Source of the DNA: an uncultured Bacteroidaceae bacterium
Lineage (GTDB): Bacteria > Bacteroidota > Bacteroidia > Bacteroidales > SM23-62
Assembly (NCBI GenBank): GCA_964420035.1
Contig: CAYQQR010000011.1
Coordinates: 728-64,727 of the forward strand
Reading direction: 5' to 3'
DNA length: 64,000 nucleotides
The translations under genes and the position numbers were made by a program. The notes under the pieces are model-generated. The model did not search any database and was not told the origin of the DNA. It saw only the letters and a list, made by a program, of their open reading frames with translations. Every line of letters starts with the position of its first letter. The first letter of the stretch is position 1. Shown one piece after another: positions 1-8,543 of this stretch.

Positions 1-434
1 ACCAGGTACCCTACAACATGGTGCGCCGTGAAATAGAAGAAGACGTCGTCCCCTACTGTATTGAAAACAATAAAGGCATCCTGGCCTACAGCCCCTTGCA
101 AAGGGGACTCCTGACCGGGAAGTTCGAACCCGGGCAGGAATTCAATGAAGGGGATTTCCGCGCGGACAGCAAATTCTTTGCACCGGAAAACATCAGAACC
201 GTCAACCGGTTCCTGGATGAGATCTCCGTTCTTGCAGAATACAAGAAAGCCTCCCTGACCCAGGTCGTGTTGCGCTGGACCCTCGATCAGCCCGGTATAA
301 CCCACCTGCTGGTCGGTGCCAGGAACCAGACACAGGTGGAAGATAACCTGGGAGCCCTGAGCATTGAGCTCACCAGGGAAGAGCGGGACCGGATCCTGGA
401 CAAGCTCAACCGGCTTGAAATAAAAGATAGCTAA
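1..434 (+). CDS. aldo/keto reductase, C-terminal part (5' end lies upstream of the window)
   Basis: Frame 3 is open from position 3 to the TAA at 432-434, so the listed ORF 18..434 is only the first in-window ATG. QVPYNMVRREIEEDVVPYC...GILAYSPLQRGLLTGKF...LVGARNQTQVEDNL matches the conserved C-terminal half of AKR-superfamily enzymes. Confidence 0.85.
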   Translation, partial: QVPYNMVRREIEEDVVPYCIENNKGILAYSPLQRGLLTGKFEPGQEFNEGDFRADSKFFAPENIRTVNRFLDEISVLAEYKKASLTQVVLRWTLDQPGITHLLVGARNQTQVEDNLGALSIELTREERDRILDKLNRLEIKDS

Positions 435-472
435 GATCCTTTTAAATTCAGGGAAATATAGGATCGAATGGG

Positions 473-480
473 TATATTTG
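473..480 (+). promoter_or_regulatory. candidate Bacteroidota -7 promoter box (TATATTTG)
   Basis: Exact match to the TAnnTTTG consensus, 23 nt upstream of the ATG at 503. No experimental support. Confidence 0.3.
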
Positions 481-502
481 CGCTCAAAGAAAAATCGAAG
501 AC

Positions 503-1738
503 ATGAGTGAGTTTTTCCTTGGATCCTTCCCGGCAGAGGATGAATTATTATCAAAATTCGACAAGACGCACCATAAAGAGATCCCAGAGGTCAATAACCA
601 TATCCACACCCCGTTCTCCTTCAGCGCTTTCGAAAGTATGCCACAGATCTTTGACCTGGCGAAAAAGGAGAAGATCGGGGTACTGGGCATCAATGATTTT
701 TACGTTGCGGACGGCTATCCCCTGTTTCATAAGCGGGCCATCGAAAACAAGGTCTTTCCCCTTTTCAATATTGAATTTATTGCCCTGCTCAAAGAAGAAC
801 AGGAAAAGGAAATACGGGTCAATGATCCCAATAACCCCGGGCGAACCTACTTTTGTGGAAAAGGACTGAAATATCCTTTCCGGCTGGACGCAGACCTCAA
901 CTGCCGGCTTCAGGGTATCCGGTACGAATCCCAGGTACAGGTCAAGGAAATGATCGATAAGTTGAACAGCCACCTGAAAAATATTGGTGAAACACCGGCC
1001 TTTAAATATTCCTCCATAAAATCCCGTTATGCACGCGAACTGGTCAGGGAAAGACATATAGCAAAAGCCATACGGGATTGGGTGTTTGAGAAGTGTGATT
1101 CCGGGGAGGAAAGACTGGACCTCCTGAAAAAGCTGTTTTCAGGAAATGAGGTGAAGTCCTCACTGGAAGATACGGCCGCACTGGAGAATGAGATCCGCTC
1201 CCGTATCCTGAAAAGCGCCGGAGTCGCCTTTGTGGAAGAGGATGAGAACGCTTTTCTGAGTCTGGAAGATACGATCGGTATTATATTGAACGCGGGCGGG
1301 ATCCCTTGCTACCCGGTATTGCTCGATAACCCGAAGGGAGAAATCACGGAATTTGAGGCGGACCCGCGCATCCTGATGAACGAACTGACAGCCAGGAACG
1401 TATGGTGCATCGAACTGATCCCGGGTCGCAACGATTTGAATATCCTCAAAGATTTCGTCCGTTTCTTTGACGAACAGGGATTTGTGATCAGCTTCGGTAC
1501 CGAACACAATACCCCGGTCATGCAGCCCATGAAGGTCACAACCCGCGGAGGCATTCCCCTTAATGAAGAACTCAGGGCCATTTCCTGGAAAGGAGCCCGC
1601 GTTATCGCGGCCCACCAATACCGGTCGGCCCGCGGCGAACCGGGCTATATTGATGAAAATGGAAAAGCCAGAGTCTCTGAGAGAGAAGAATTCGCACGAC
1701 TGGGAGAAGCCGTTATTCGCTGGTTCTTAAAATCATAA
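503..1738 (+). CDS. PHP-domain (polymerase/histidinol-phosphatase-like) metal-dependent phosphoesterase family protein
   Basis: 411-aa ORF. The N-terminal VNNHIHTPFSFSAF fits the HxH metal-binding start motif of PHP domains. There is a 2-nt gap to the next gene on the same strand. Confidence 0.6.
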   Translation: MSEFFLGSFPAEDELLSKFDKTHHKEIPEVNNHIHTPFSFSAFESMPQIFDLAKKEKIGVLGINDFYVADGYPLFHKRAIENKVFPLFNIEFIALLKEEQEKEIRVNDPNNPGRTYFCGKGLKYPFRLDADLNCRLQGIRYESQVQVKEMIDKLNSHLKNIGETPAFKYSSIKSRYARELVRERHIAKAIRDWVFEKCDSGEERLDLLKKLFSGNEVKSSLEDTAALENEIRSRILKSAGVAFVEEDENAFLSLEDTIGIILNAGGIPCYPVLLDNPKGEITEFEADPRILMNELTARNVWCIELIPGRNDLNILKDFVRFFDEQGFVISFGTEHNTPVMQPMKVTTRGGIPLNEELRAISWKGARVIAAHQYRSARGEPGYIDENGKARVSEREEFARLGEAVIRWFLKS

Positions 1739-1740
1739 AT

Positions 1741-3714
1741 ATGAAACAGAAAATACGGGATCTAATCGAAATTTCGAGGTTTTACGGGAAACAGGCCGAC
1801 TATACCCTGGCGGGAGGAGGCAATACTTCCTATAAAAACGACAAGGCCATCTGGATCAAGGCCAGCGGGGCATCTCTCGATACCATTGACGAGGAAGGTT
1901 TTACCGTACTCGACAGGAAAAAAGTTAGGGCGATCGCTGGAAAATCCTATAGTTCCGATCCGGATGAGCGGGAACAACAGGTCAAGGAAGGCCTGATGGC
2001 CAGTTCTCTTGAACCGCAAAATAAAAAACGGCCTTCCGTGGAAACCTCCCTTCACGAGATCATCGATTATCCCTTCGTGGTGCACCTCCACCCTACCCTG
2101 AACAATGCAATGCTATGCGCGAAGAATTCAAAAAGTGTTTCTGCTGAACTCTTTCCCGAAAATGCCCTTTATATCCCTTACACCGATCCCGGGTACACCC
2201 TGTTCAGGAAAACAGAGTCGGAGCTTACTGAATACAGGAAAAAGAACCAAAGGGATCCCGCATACATTTTCCTGGAGAACCACGGGGTTTTCGTTGGCGC
2301 CCACAGCATTGAAGAGATCAAAACCCTGTACAGCCAATTGTCGGAGAAGATCCGGGAACGATGCACCAGGCTGCCCGACCCGGCCCCTTTAAAACCCGAC
2401 GGATCCATTACCGGGATACTTCCGGTGATCCGGGAACTCTGCAGCGAAGATCATCCCGTATCCCTTCAGTTCCTGAACAATAAGCTGATCAGCTATTTTG
2501 CCGCTTCCGATACCAATTTCAGGAAAATACACAAACCTTTTACCCCCGACCAGATCGTTTACTGCAAATCCGATTATCTATACGTCAACTGGCCTTTGAT
2601 CGAGCTGGAGGGCAGGCGTAGGCTGGCAAAAGACATCCGGGATTTCCAGGTAAAACATGGTTACTATCCCAAGATCATTTTGATCCAGAACCTTGGTCTT
2701 GTTTCGGTTGAAGAAAATCCGGCATCTGCCCAAACCGCACTGGAGGTCTATGAAGACCTGATGAAGATCGCTTACCTGACAGGATCTTTTGGCGGCCCAA
2801 GGTTCCTGACAGATAAGCAAATAGCTTTTATAGACCAATGGGAAGTTGAAAACTACCGGCGCAAAATAGCCAAAGAAGGGGCATCCCGGGGCAAAGTACA
2901 CCAGAAGGTGGCTATCGTCACGGGCAGCGCGCAGGGATTCGGGGAAGGCATTGCAAGGTCCCTTTTCTATGAAGGAGCCAATGTGGTAATCGCGGACATC
3001 AACAGAAAAAAAGGATTGAACCTGGCCGGTGAGTTAAACGCCCTTCGGAAAAGGAACAGGGCCATATTTCTGCAATGCGATGTCACCCGCGAAGATTCTG
3101 TCGTTGAACTGGTTCGTGAAACGGTGGCCTCATTGGGCGGACTGGACATCTACATCAGCAATGCAGGGATCCTGCATGCAGGGGGACTGGATGAAATGGA
3201 TCCGGAAACCTTCAGAAAAGTCACGGAAGTGAACTACCATGGATTTTTCCTGGGGGCAAAATATGCCTCGGAAGTGATGAAGGCCCAGCACAGCTGGTCG
3301 GGGAAACGCTATTATGACATCATCCAGGTCAATTCCAAATCGGGCCTCGCCGGAAGTAAAAAGAACTTTGCCTATGCAGGAAGTAAATTCGGGGGGATCG
3401 GCCTGACCCAATCTTTTGCCATGGAACTGATAGAACACCGGATCAAAGTGAATGCCATCTGCCCCGGCAATTATTTCGAGGGTCCTCTGTGGTCCGACCC
3501 GGATAATGGGCTTTTTGTCCAATACCTCAAAGCCGGGAAAGTCAAAGGAGCTAAAACCATCGAAGAAGTCAAGCGCCATTACGAGGAACTCATTCCCATG
3601 AAACGGGGCTGTTATATTGAGGACCTCATGAAAGCCATATATTATATCATCGGCCAGGAATATGAAACCGGTCAGGCATTGCCTGTAACGGGCGGACAGA
3701 TCATGTTGAAATAG
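1741..3714 (+). CDS. bifunctional class II aldolase/adducin-domain + short-chain dehydrogenase fusion (rhamnulose-1-phosphate aldolase/lactaldehyde dehydrogenase-like, RhaEW-type)
   Basis: 657 aa. The C-terminal SDR has TGSAQGFGEGIA (TGxxxGxG) and YAGSK (YxxxK). The N-terminal ~400 aa is aldolase-like. Size and fusion architecture match the bifunctional aldolase/SDR family. Confidence 0.8.
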   Translation: MKQKIRDLIEISRFYGKQADYTLAGGGNTSYKNDKAIWIKASGASLDTIDEEGFTVLDRKKVRAIAGKSYSSDPDEREQQVKEGLMASSLEPQNKKRPSVETSLHEIIDYPFVVHLHPTLNNAMLCAKNSKSVSAELFPENALYIPYTDPGYTLFRKTESELTEYRKKNQRDPAYIFLENHGVFVGAHSIEEIKTLYSQLSEKIRERCTRLPDPAPLKPDGSITGILPVIRELCSEDHPVSLQFLNNKLISYFAASDTNFRKIHKPFTPDQIVYCKSDYLYVNWPLIELEGRRRLAKDIRDFQVKHGYYPKIILIQNLGLVSVEENPASAQTALEVYEDLMKIAYLTGSFGGPRFLTDKQIAFIDQWEVENYRRKIAKEGASRGKVHQKVAIVTGSAQGFGEGIARSLFYEGANVVIADINRKKGLNLAGELNALRKRNRAIFLQCDVTREDSVVELVRETVASLGGLDIYISNAGILHAGGLDEMDPETFRKVTEVNYHGFFLGAKYASEVMKAQHSWSGKRYYDIIQVNSKSGLAGSKKNFAYAGSKFGGIGLTQSFAMELIEHRIKVNAICPGNYFEGPLWSDPDNGLFVQYLKAGKVKGAKTIEEVKRHYEELIPMKRGCYIEDLMKAIYYIIGQEYETGQALPVTGGQIMLK

Positions 3715-3718
3715 CATT

Positions 3719-4990
3719 ATGAAACGAATGAAAACCAAAGCAGTCAGAATACACGGGAAAGACGACCTCCGACTTGAAGAATTCGATCTCCCTGAAATGA
3801 AGGATGATGAGATCCTGGCAGAGGTGATCTCCGACAGCCTGTGCATGTCATCCTACAAAGCCACAAAACAAGGACCTGATCATAAGCGGGTTCCGGACGA
3901 TGTCCATAAAAACCCGACCATGCTGGGGCATGAATTCAGCGGCAGGATCCTGGAAGTGGGCAAAAAATGGAAGGCACAATTCAAACCCGGTGATAAGTTT
4001 TCCATCCAGCCTGCCCTGAACTACAAGGGCAGCCTGGATGCACCGGGCTATTCGTTTCGATACATAGGAGGGGATGCCACGCGGATACTGATCCCCCGGG
4101 AGGTCATGACCATGAACTGCCTCCTGGAATATAAGGGTGATGCCTATTACATGGCTTCTCTTTCTGAACCTTATTCCTGTGTGGTGACAGCCTTCCGGGC
4201 GAATTACCATATAGAATACGGCAGCTATACGCATCATATGGGCATTAAAGAGGGAGGACACATGGCCATCCTGGCCGGCGCCGGCCCCATGGGCCTGGCT
4301 GCCATCGATTATGCCATCCATGCCGACAGAAAACCCAAAACCCTGGTGGTCACCGATATTGTGCAGGAACGCCTCGACCGGGCAGCCCGTTTGCTTTCCG
4401 CGGAAGAAGCGGCAAGAAACGGGATCGAGCTTCATTATATCAATACGGGGACCATGAACGATCCCCATAAAGAATTGATGAAACTTACCGGAAACAAGGG
4501 CTACGACGATATATTTGTTTTTGCCCCGGTACGACAGGTAGTGGAACAGGGTGACGCGCTCCTGGGCTTCGACGGTTGCCTGAATTTTTTCGCCGGGCCC
4601 TCCGACCCTGATTTCAGCGCTTCCATGAATTTCTACAATGTACATTACGGCTTTACCCATATAGCAGGAACCAGCGGGGGCAATACCGAAGATATGCGGA
4701 TCTCACTGAAAATGATGTCGGAAGGAAAACTGAACCCCGCGGTGATGGTAACCCATATCGGCGGACTGGATGCGGTGATCGATACCACCAAGCGCCTGCC
4801 GGAAATTCCCGGCGGCAAAAAGCTGATGTACACCCAGGTGTCCATGCCCCTGACCGCCATTGACGAATTCCGGGAAAAAGGAAAATCCAATCCCCTTTTC
4901 AAGGGACTGGCAGATATCGTTGAGCATAACAACGGACTCTGGTGCAAGGAAGCGGAGGATTATTTGCTGGAGCATGGGGAAGCCATCTGA
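3719..4990 (+). CDS. zinc-dependent medium-chain dehydrogenase, long (~420 aa) form resembling ketose-1-phosphate (sorbose-1-phosphate) reductases
   Basis: GHEFSGRILEVG Zn-ADH signature and a GAGPMGLAAIDYA Rossmann motif. There is a 4-nt gap to the upstream gene. Confidence 0.75.
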   Translation: MKRMKTKAVRIHGKDDLRLEEFDLPEMKDDEILAEVISDSLCMSSYKATKQGPDHKRVPDDVHKNPTMLGHEFSGRILEVGKKWKAQFKPGDKFSIQPALNYKGSLDAPGYSFRYIGGDATRILIPREVMTMNCLLEYKGDAYYMASLSEPYSCVVTAFRANYHIEYGSYTHHMGIKEGGHMAILAGAGPMGLAAIDYAIHADRKPKTLVVTDIVQERLDRAARLLSAEEAARNGIELHYINTGTMNDPHKELMKLTGNKGYDDIFVFAPVRQVVEQGDALLGFDGCLNFFAGPSDPDFSASMNFYNVHYGFTHIAGTSGGNTEDMRISLKMMSEGKLNPAVMVTHIGGLDAVIDTTKRLPEIPGGKKLMYTQVSMPLTAIDEFREKGKSNPLFKGLADIVEHNNGLWCKEAEDYLLEHGEAI

Positions 4991-5016
4991 AGTATCAATT
5001 AGTTGTCAATTTTAAA

Positions 5017-5119
5017 TTCACCCACCCTCTTTCATTTCCAGATTCCATCCGTTTTTCAAATTCACCCACCCTCTTTCATTTCCAAATTCTATCCGTTTTT
5101 CAAATTCACCCACCCTCTT
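5017..5119. repeat. 44-bp tandem repeat, about 2.3 copies
   Basis: TTCACCCACCCTCTTTCATTTCCAGATTCCATCCGTTTTTCAAA at 5017-5060. It repeats at 5061-5104 with 2 mismatches, and a third partial copy covers 5105-5119. Confidence 0.9.
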
Positions 5120-5201
5120 AATCTCCCTCCCTAAAAGTGTATACCATGTGTGCAGCACGTCGTGAACTTTCTCTGTAACACATATAAGCCAATTTTTGCA
5201 C

Positions 5202-5244
5202 GCATACTCACCCCCTAACCCCCTCTCTGCAGGCAAAGAGGGGG
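5202..5244. repeat. left 43-nt inverted-repeat arm flanking the DUF559 gene (contains its own hairpin)
   Basis: GCATACTCACCCCCTAACCCCCTCTCTGCAGGCAAAGAGGGGG. The internal stem is CCCCCTCT (5219-5226) paired with AGAGGGGG (5237-5244), with a 10-nt loop. Confidence 0.85.
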
Positions 5245-5299
5245 CATTACATCTTGGCTTTAACAGGGTTAACAACAACCCGAAGGTCAATCGAGATAT

Positions 5300-5653
5300 T
5301 CAGGAATTTTTTTTCAGAACGGTTTTCATATCCTCCAACTCCTCGTTGTGGAAATGTATGATTCTTAATCCCATTTCTCTGATGACTTCATCCCGGTTAA
5401 AATCTTTTTCCTTTTGAAAATCATGGATTTTGCCATCCAATTCTATTACCAATTTTGCTCCAGCACAATAAAAGTCGGCAATGAAGAAGGAATGAAAATA
5501 TCCCCGGGTTTCGAAAATCAAGGGATGCTGCCTTACAAACTTACTTCTTTTCAGTTTCCTGTTCCTGAGCTCCTGCCACAAAAGCCTCTCGGAATCCGTC
5601 ATTTCTTTTCTCAGATTCCGGGCAAAATTTTTTATCTCCAGATATTTTCTCAT
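5300..5653 (-). CDS. DUF559 / Vsr-like endonuclease-domain protein
   Basis: 117 aa. ARNLRKEMTDSERLLWQELRNRKL...KFVRQHPL...FIADFYC...KLVIELDG..H is the characteristic DUF559 pattern. Confidence 0.85.
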   Translation of the reverse strand: MRKYLEIKNFARNLRKEMTDSERLLWQELRNRKLKRSKFVRQHPLIFETRGYFHSFFIADFYCAGAKLVIELDGKIHDFQKEKDFNRDEVIREMGLRIIHFHNEELEDMKTVLKKNS

Positions 5654-5680
5654 AACCAGTTATAAAACAATAAATTAGCT

Positions 5681-5723
5681 CCCCCTCTCTACTCGTGGAG
5701 AGGGGGCCGGGGGGTGAGTATGC
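5681..5723. repeat. right 43-nt inverted-repeat arm flanking the DUF559 gene
   Basis: The reverse complement is GCATACTCACCCCCCGGCCCCCTCTCCACGAGTAGAGAGGGGG. By my alignment 34/43 positions are identical to the left arm, and the outer 14 nt are identical. It has the same 8-bp internal stem (5681-5688 / 5699-5706). Confidence 0.85.
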
Positions 5724-5892
5724 CGGACAAAGAATTGTCAGGTATAATCATATCCATTTACCCGGTTGATATGCCTGGAATAAAAAGATTTACCCTTAAT
5801 CTTTTTCAGCCGGAAATATCGTACCGTAAATAGAAAAAATTAACTAAAGAACCATTGGATTTCGGAACGAGCCAAGGAACCAAGGAGCCAAG

Positions 5893-5913
5893 CCTGCCTG
5901 CCGGACAGGCAGG
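5893..5913. repeat. GC-rich palindrome, copy A (CCTGCCTGCCGGACAGGCAGG)
   Basis: 8-bp stem CCTGCCTG/CAGGCAGG. Flanked by CCAAGGA(A/G) repeats on the left (5871-5892) and CAAGGAACC on the right. Confidence 0.8.
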
Positions 5914-5970
5914 GAGTCAAGGAACCCCAGTGGCAGCTAAAAGGAAGGGTTGATTGGACCTTTTCAAAGA

Positions 5971-6906
5971 CTAGATACTTATCGTAAACCCTTCCGGCAC
6001 ATAGTTTTCATAACTAAGACAAACCAGCGTTGCAAACTCTATCCCCGTCTGGATGATCTTGTCCCAATCTTTCAATCGAAGTGATTCCAGGTCTGCTTTA
6101 TGAACACCCATCATGTAAAGGGCATACAGCATGCCGGCATTGAAATTGTCGCCGGCCCCGATGGTGCTTACCGGATCGATCCCGCGGGTGGGCCAGGTAT
6201 GGCTGATTTGACCGGTCCTTAGACTCACGGAGTTATTACCCCGGGTATAAACAAGGACAGAAACCTTTGATTTGAGTAATTTCCAGGCCTCACCGGGGTC
6301 TTTTATATTGAAAATGATTTCCAGGTCCTCATGGGAAGCCCTCAGGATATCCGCATACCCGATATTCTCTTCGATCACGGGCCTGTATTCCTTTAACTTA
6401 TCCAGGTGCGGCTTCCTGAAGTTGGGATCATAAAATATCAGGGAGCCTGATCTGCCTGCAAGGAAGACCATTTTATCTATGGCATGTCTGACCTCGGGGC
6501 TGATGGCAAAAATGGAACCGAAAAGAAGATAGTCTTCCGAAGTCAGGCTTTCCGGTAGGGACTCCAGTCTTTGCCGGGGATAATGCTTATAGAAAGTGTA
6601 GTGTGCATTGTTCTCCTCATCCAGCATGGCCATGGCCAGGGCAGTAGCTCCCTCTCTAAATCTATAGATGTAACGGGTTCCGACTCCATTTTGCCGGAGG
6701 AACCTGTCGATCAGGTCCCCCACCTGGTCCTGTCCGTATTCACTGATAAACTCGACGGGCGCACCCATTCTTCCCAGCGAGACCGAGGAGTTGAGCATGG
6801 CACCGCCCGGACCGGCATCCCGGGGCTTATCCTCCATGAAGATAATGTCCAGGACCGTCTCTCCTATGGCATAGATGGTGCCTTTTGGATTGTTGGAATC
6901 ACTCAT
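5971..6906 (-). CDS. PfkB-family sugar kinase (fructokinase-like)
   Basis: 311 aa. The N-terminal motif is IGETVLD...GPGGAMLNSSVSLGRMG and the PfkB signature TIGAGDNFNAGMLYAL is present. Its start overlaps the SIS gene stop (ATGA). Confidence 0.85.
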   Translation of the reverse strand: MSDSNNPKGTIYAIGETVLDIIFMEDKPRDAGPGGAMLNSSVSLGRMGAPVEFISEYGQDQVGDLIDRFLRQNGVGTRYIYRFREGATALAMAMLDEENNAHYTFYKHYPRQRLESLPESLTSEDYLLFGSIFAISPEVRHAIDKMVFLAGRSGSLIFYDPNFRKPHLDKLKEYRPVIEENIGYADILRASHEDLEIIFNIKDPGEAWKLLKSKVSVLVYTRGNNSVSLRTGQISHTWPTRGIDPVSTIGAGDNFNAGMLYALYMMGVHKADLESLRLKDWDKIIQTGIEFATLVCLSYENYVPEGFTISI

Positions 6907-7505
6907 CTGCCGGTATTTCTGGACTTCTCTCCCAGGTATCCTCCATGATGGCGTTTGGCATAATCCCGGGCGGTAAAGCCTATCTTTTCCATCATCAGCA
7001 CGACCATGATATCCCCGATCACGGTCATGGTGGTTGTAGAAGTCGTCGGGGTCAGTCCGAGCGGACAGATCTCATCCGGACGGCCTGTCGGGATCACCAC
7101 ATCGGCATGTCCGGATATTTCACTGTCCGGGTTACCGGTAATGGCAACAATGGAAAGTTCGCCGTTCAGTTTCCTGCAAAGCTCCACCAGCTCGAGGATC
7201 TCGCGGGTCTTGCCGGAATTGGAGATCAATAAAAGGCAATCCCCGGGCTGCAGGATACCTAGGTCCCCATGCTGTGCATCACTGGGATGCAAAAAAACAG
7301 CAGGGGTTCCTGTAGAGCTGAAGGTGGTAGCGATGTTATTGGCGATCTGTCCGGCTTTCCCCATCCCGCTGCATACCAGTTTGGCCCTGTTTTGATGCAC
7401 CGATTCGTGGATCAGGTTCAGGGCCTTTTCAAAATGACCGGCAACGGGAATATTTTGAATGGCAGCAGCCTCTGCAGCAAGCAGTTCATTAATTCTTTCT
7501 TTCAT
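6903..7505 (-). CDS. single-domain SIS phosphosugar isomerase (KpsF/GutQ-like SIS domain without CBS pair)
   Basis: 200 aa. KLVCSGMGKAGQIANNIATTFSSTGTPAVFLHPSDAQHGDLG...LLLISNSGKTRE is typical of arabinose-5-phosphate/hexulose-phosphate isomerase SIS domains. Confidence 0.8.
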   Translation of the reverse strand: MKERINELLAAEAAAIQNIPVAGHFEKALNLIHESVHQNRAKLVCSGMGKAGQIANNIATTFSSTGTPAVFLHPSDAQHGDLGILQPGDCLLLISNSGKTREILELVELCRKLNGELSIVAITGNPDSEISGHADVVIPTGRPDEICPLGLTPTTSTTTMTVIGDIMVVLMMEKIGFTARDYAKRHHGGYLGEKSRNTGR

Positions 7506-7506
7506 A

Positions 7507-8463
7507 TCAGAATTGATTAGCTACCAGTTCCCTGAGCTTGTTCATATCGGCATTGAAGCGGCGGATGCCCTCTGCCAGTTTTTCCGTGGCCATGGCATCC
7601 TCGTTCAGCATCCACCGGAATGTTTTCTCGTCCAGGGATATTTTCTTAAGCTCTTCACTTTCTGCCATTTCAGGGGTCAGCCTGGGTGTCAATTTTCCGT
7701 TCATCGATTCCAGTTCCCCAAGCAGCTCCGGTGAAATGGTAAGCAGGTCGCAGCCTGCCAGTTCGACGATCTGTTCCGTGTTCCTGAAACTGGCTCCCAT
7801 GACCTCGGTTTTGTAGCCAAATTTCTTATAGTAAGCATATATCCAGCGCACAGAGAGTACACCGGGGTCCTCCGGACCGGGAATATGATCCACCCCCCGG
7901 TCCTTTTTGTGCCAGTCATGGATCCTGCCCACGAAAGGTGATATGAGCTGCACCCCGGCCTCGGCACAGGCAATGGCCTGAACCTTGCTAAAAAGGAGGG
8001 TCAGGTTGGTCCGGATCTTTTCCTTCTCCAGCTCCCGTGCCACCTGTATACCTTCCCAGTTACTGGCCACTTTGATCAGGACCTTTTCACGGGAAATGCC
8101 GTTCTGTTCATAGAGGCCGATCAGGGTCCTGGCTTTTTCCAGGGTTCCTTCCGGGTCAAAGGAAAGACGGGCATCCACTTCGGTAGACACCCTTCTGGGA
8201 ACGATCTTCAGGATCTCCGTTCCAAAATTGACATAGAGCTTATCGAGGCAATGTTCTGTCTTTTCATCTCTTCTGTTTCCTTTTTTTGATCCGTATGCAA
8301 CGGCATCTTCAATAAGGGGTCGATATCTTTCTATACCGGATGCGGCATAAATGAGGGATGGATTGGTGGTGGCATCGACGGGTTGAAATTTCCGGATGGA
8401 TTCGAAATCGCCGGTATCGGCAACCACCTGGGTGTATTGCTTAAGCTGGTCCAGTATGTTCAT
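7507..8463 (-). CDS. tal: transaldolase (TalB type)
   Basis: 318 aa. It has VVADTGDF...DATTNPSLI and [31 protein letters not shown]...[13 protein letters not shown], which align closely with classical transaldolase B. Confidence 0.95.
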   Translation of the reverse strand: MNILDQLKQYTQVVADTGDFESIRKFQPVDATTNPSLIYAASGIERYRPLIEDAVAYGSKKGNRRDEKTEHCLDKLYVNFGTEILKIVPRRVSTEVDARLSFDPEGTLEKARTLIGLYEQNGISREKVLIKVASNWEGIQVARELEKEKIRTNLTLLFSKVQAIACAEAGVQLISPFVGRIHDWHKKDRGVDHIPGPEDPGVLSVRWIYAYYKKFGYKTEVMGASFRNTEQIVELAGCDLLTISPELLGELESMNGKLTPRLTPEMAESEELKKISLDEKTFRWMLNEDAMATEKLAEGIRRFNADMNKLRELVANQF

Positions 8464-8490
8464 GAGATGAATCCCGTTTTGATGAAATTA

Positions 8491-8498
8491 CAAAGTTA
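8491..8498 (-). promoter_or_regulatory. candidate -7 box for the tal operon (TAACTTTG on the minus strand)
   Basis: CAAAGTTA on the plus strand, 28 nt upstream of the tal start at 8463. Confidence 0.3.
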
Positions 8499-8543
8499 AC
8501 ATTTAAAGACTATCTTTAAACTCTTTAGAAAAACGAATCCCGT

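Noticed and set aside
3130-4660. 238-aa and 270-aa minus-strand ORFs (3130..3846, 3848..4660)
   Set aside because: They are antisense to the aldolase-SDR and MDR dehydrogenase genes, both of which carry diagnostic motifs.
5017-5119. Possible CRISPR array
   Set aside because: The repeats are directly adjacent with no spacers, there are only about 2.3 copies, and there are no cas genes in the window.
5018-5290. 90-aa minus-strand ORF
   Set aside because: It is a translation of the 44-bp tandem repeat and the left inverted-repeat arm. The repeated peptide segments simply mirror the DNA repeat, and there is no independent coding evidence.
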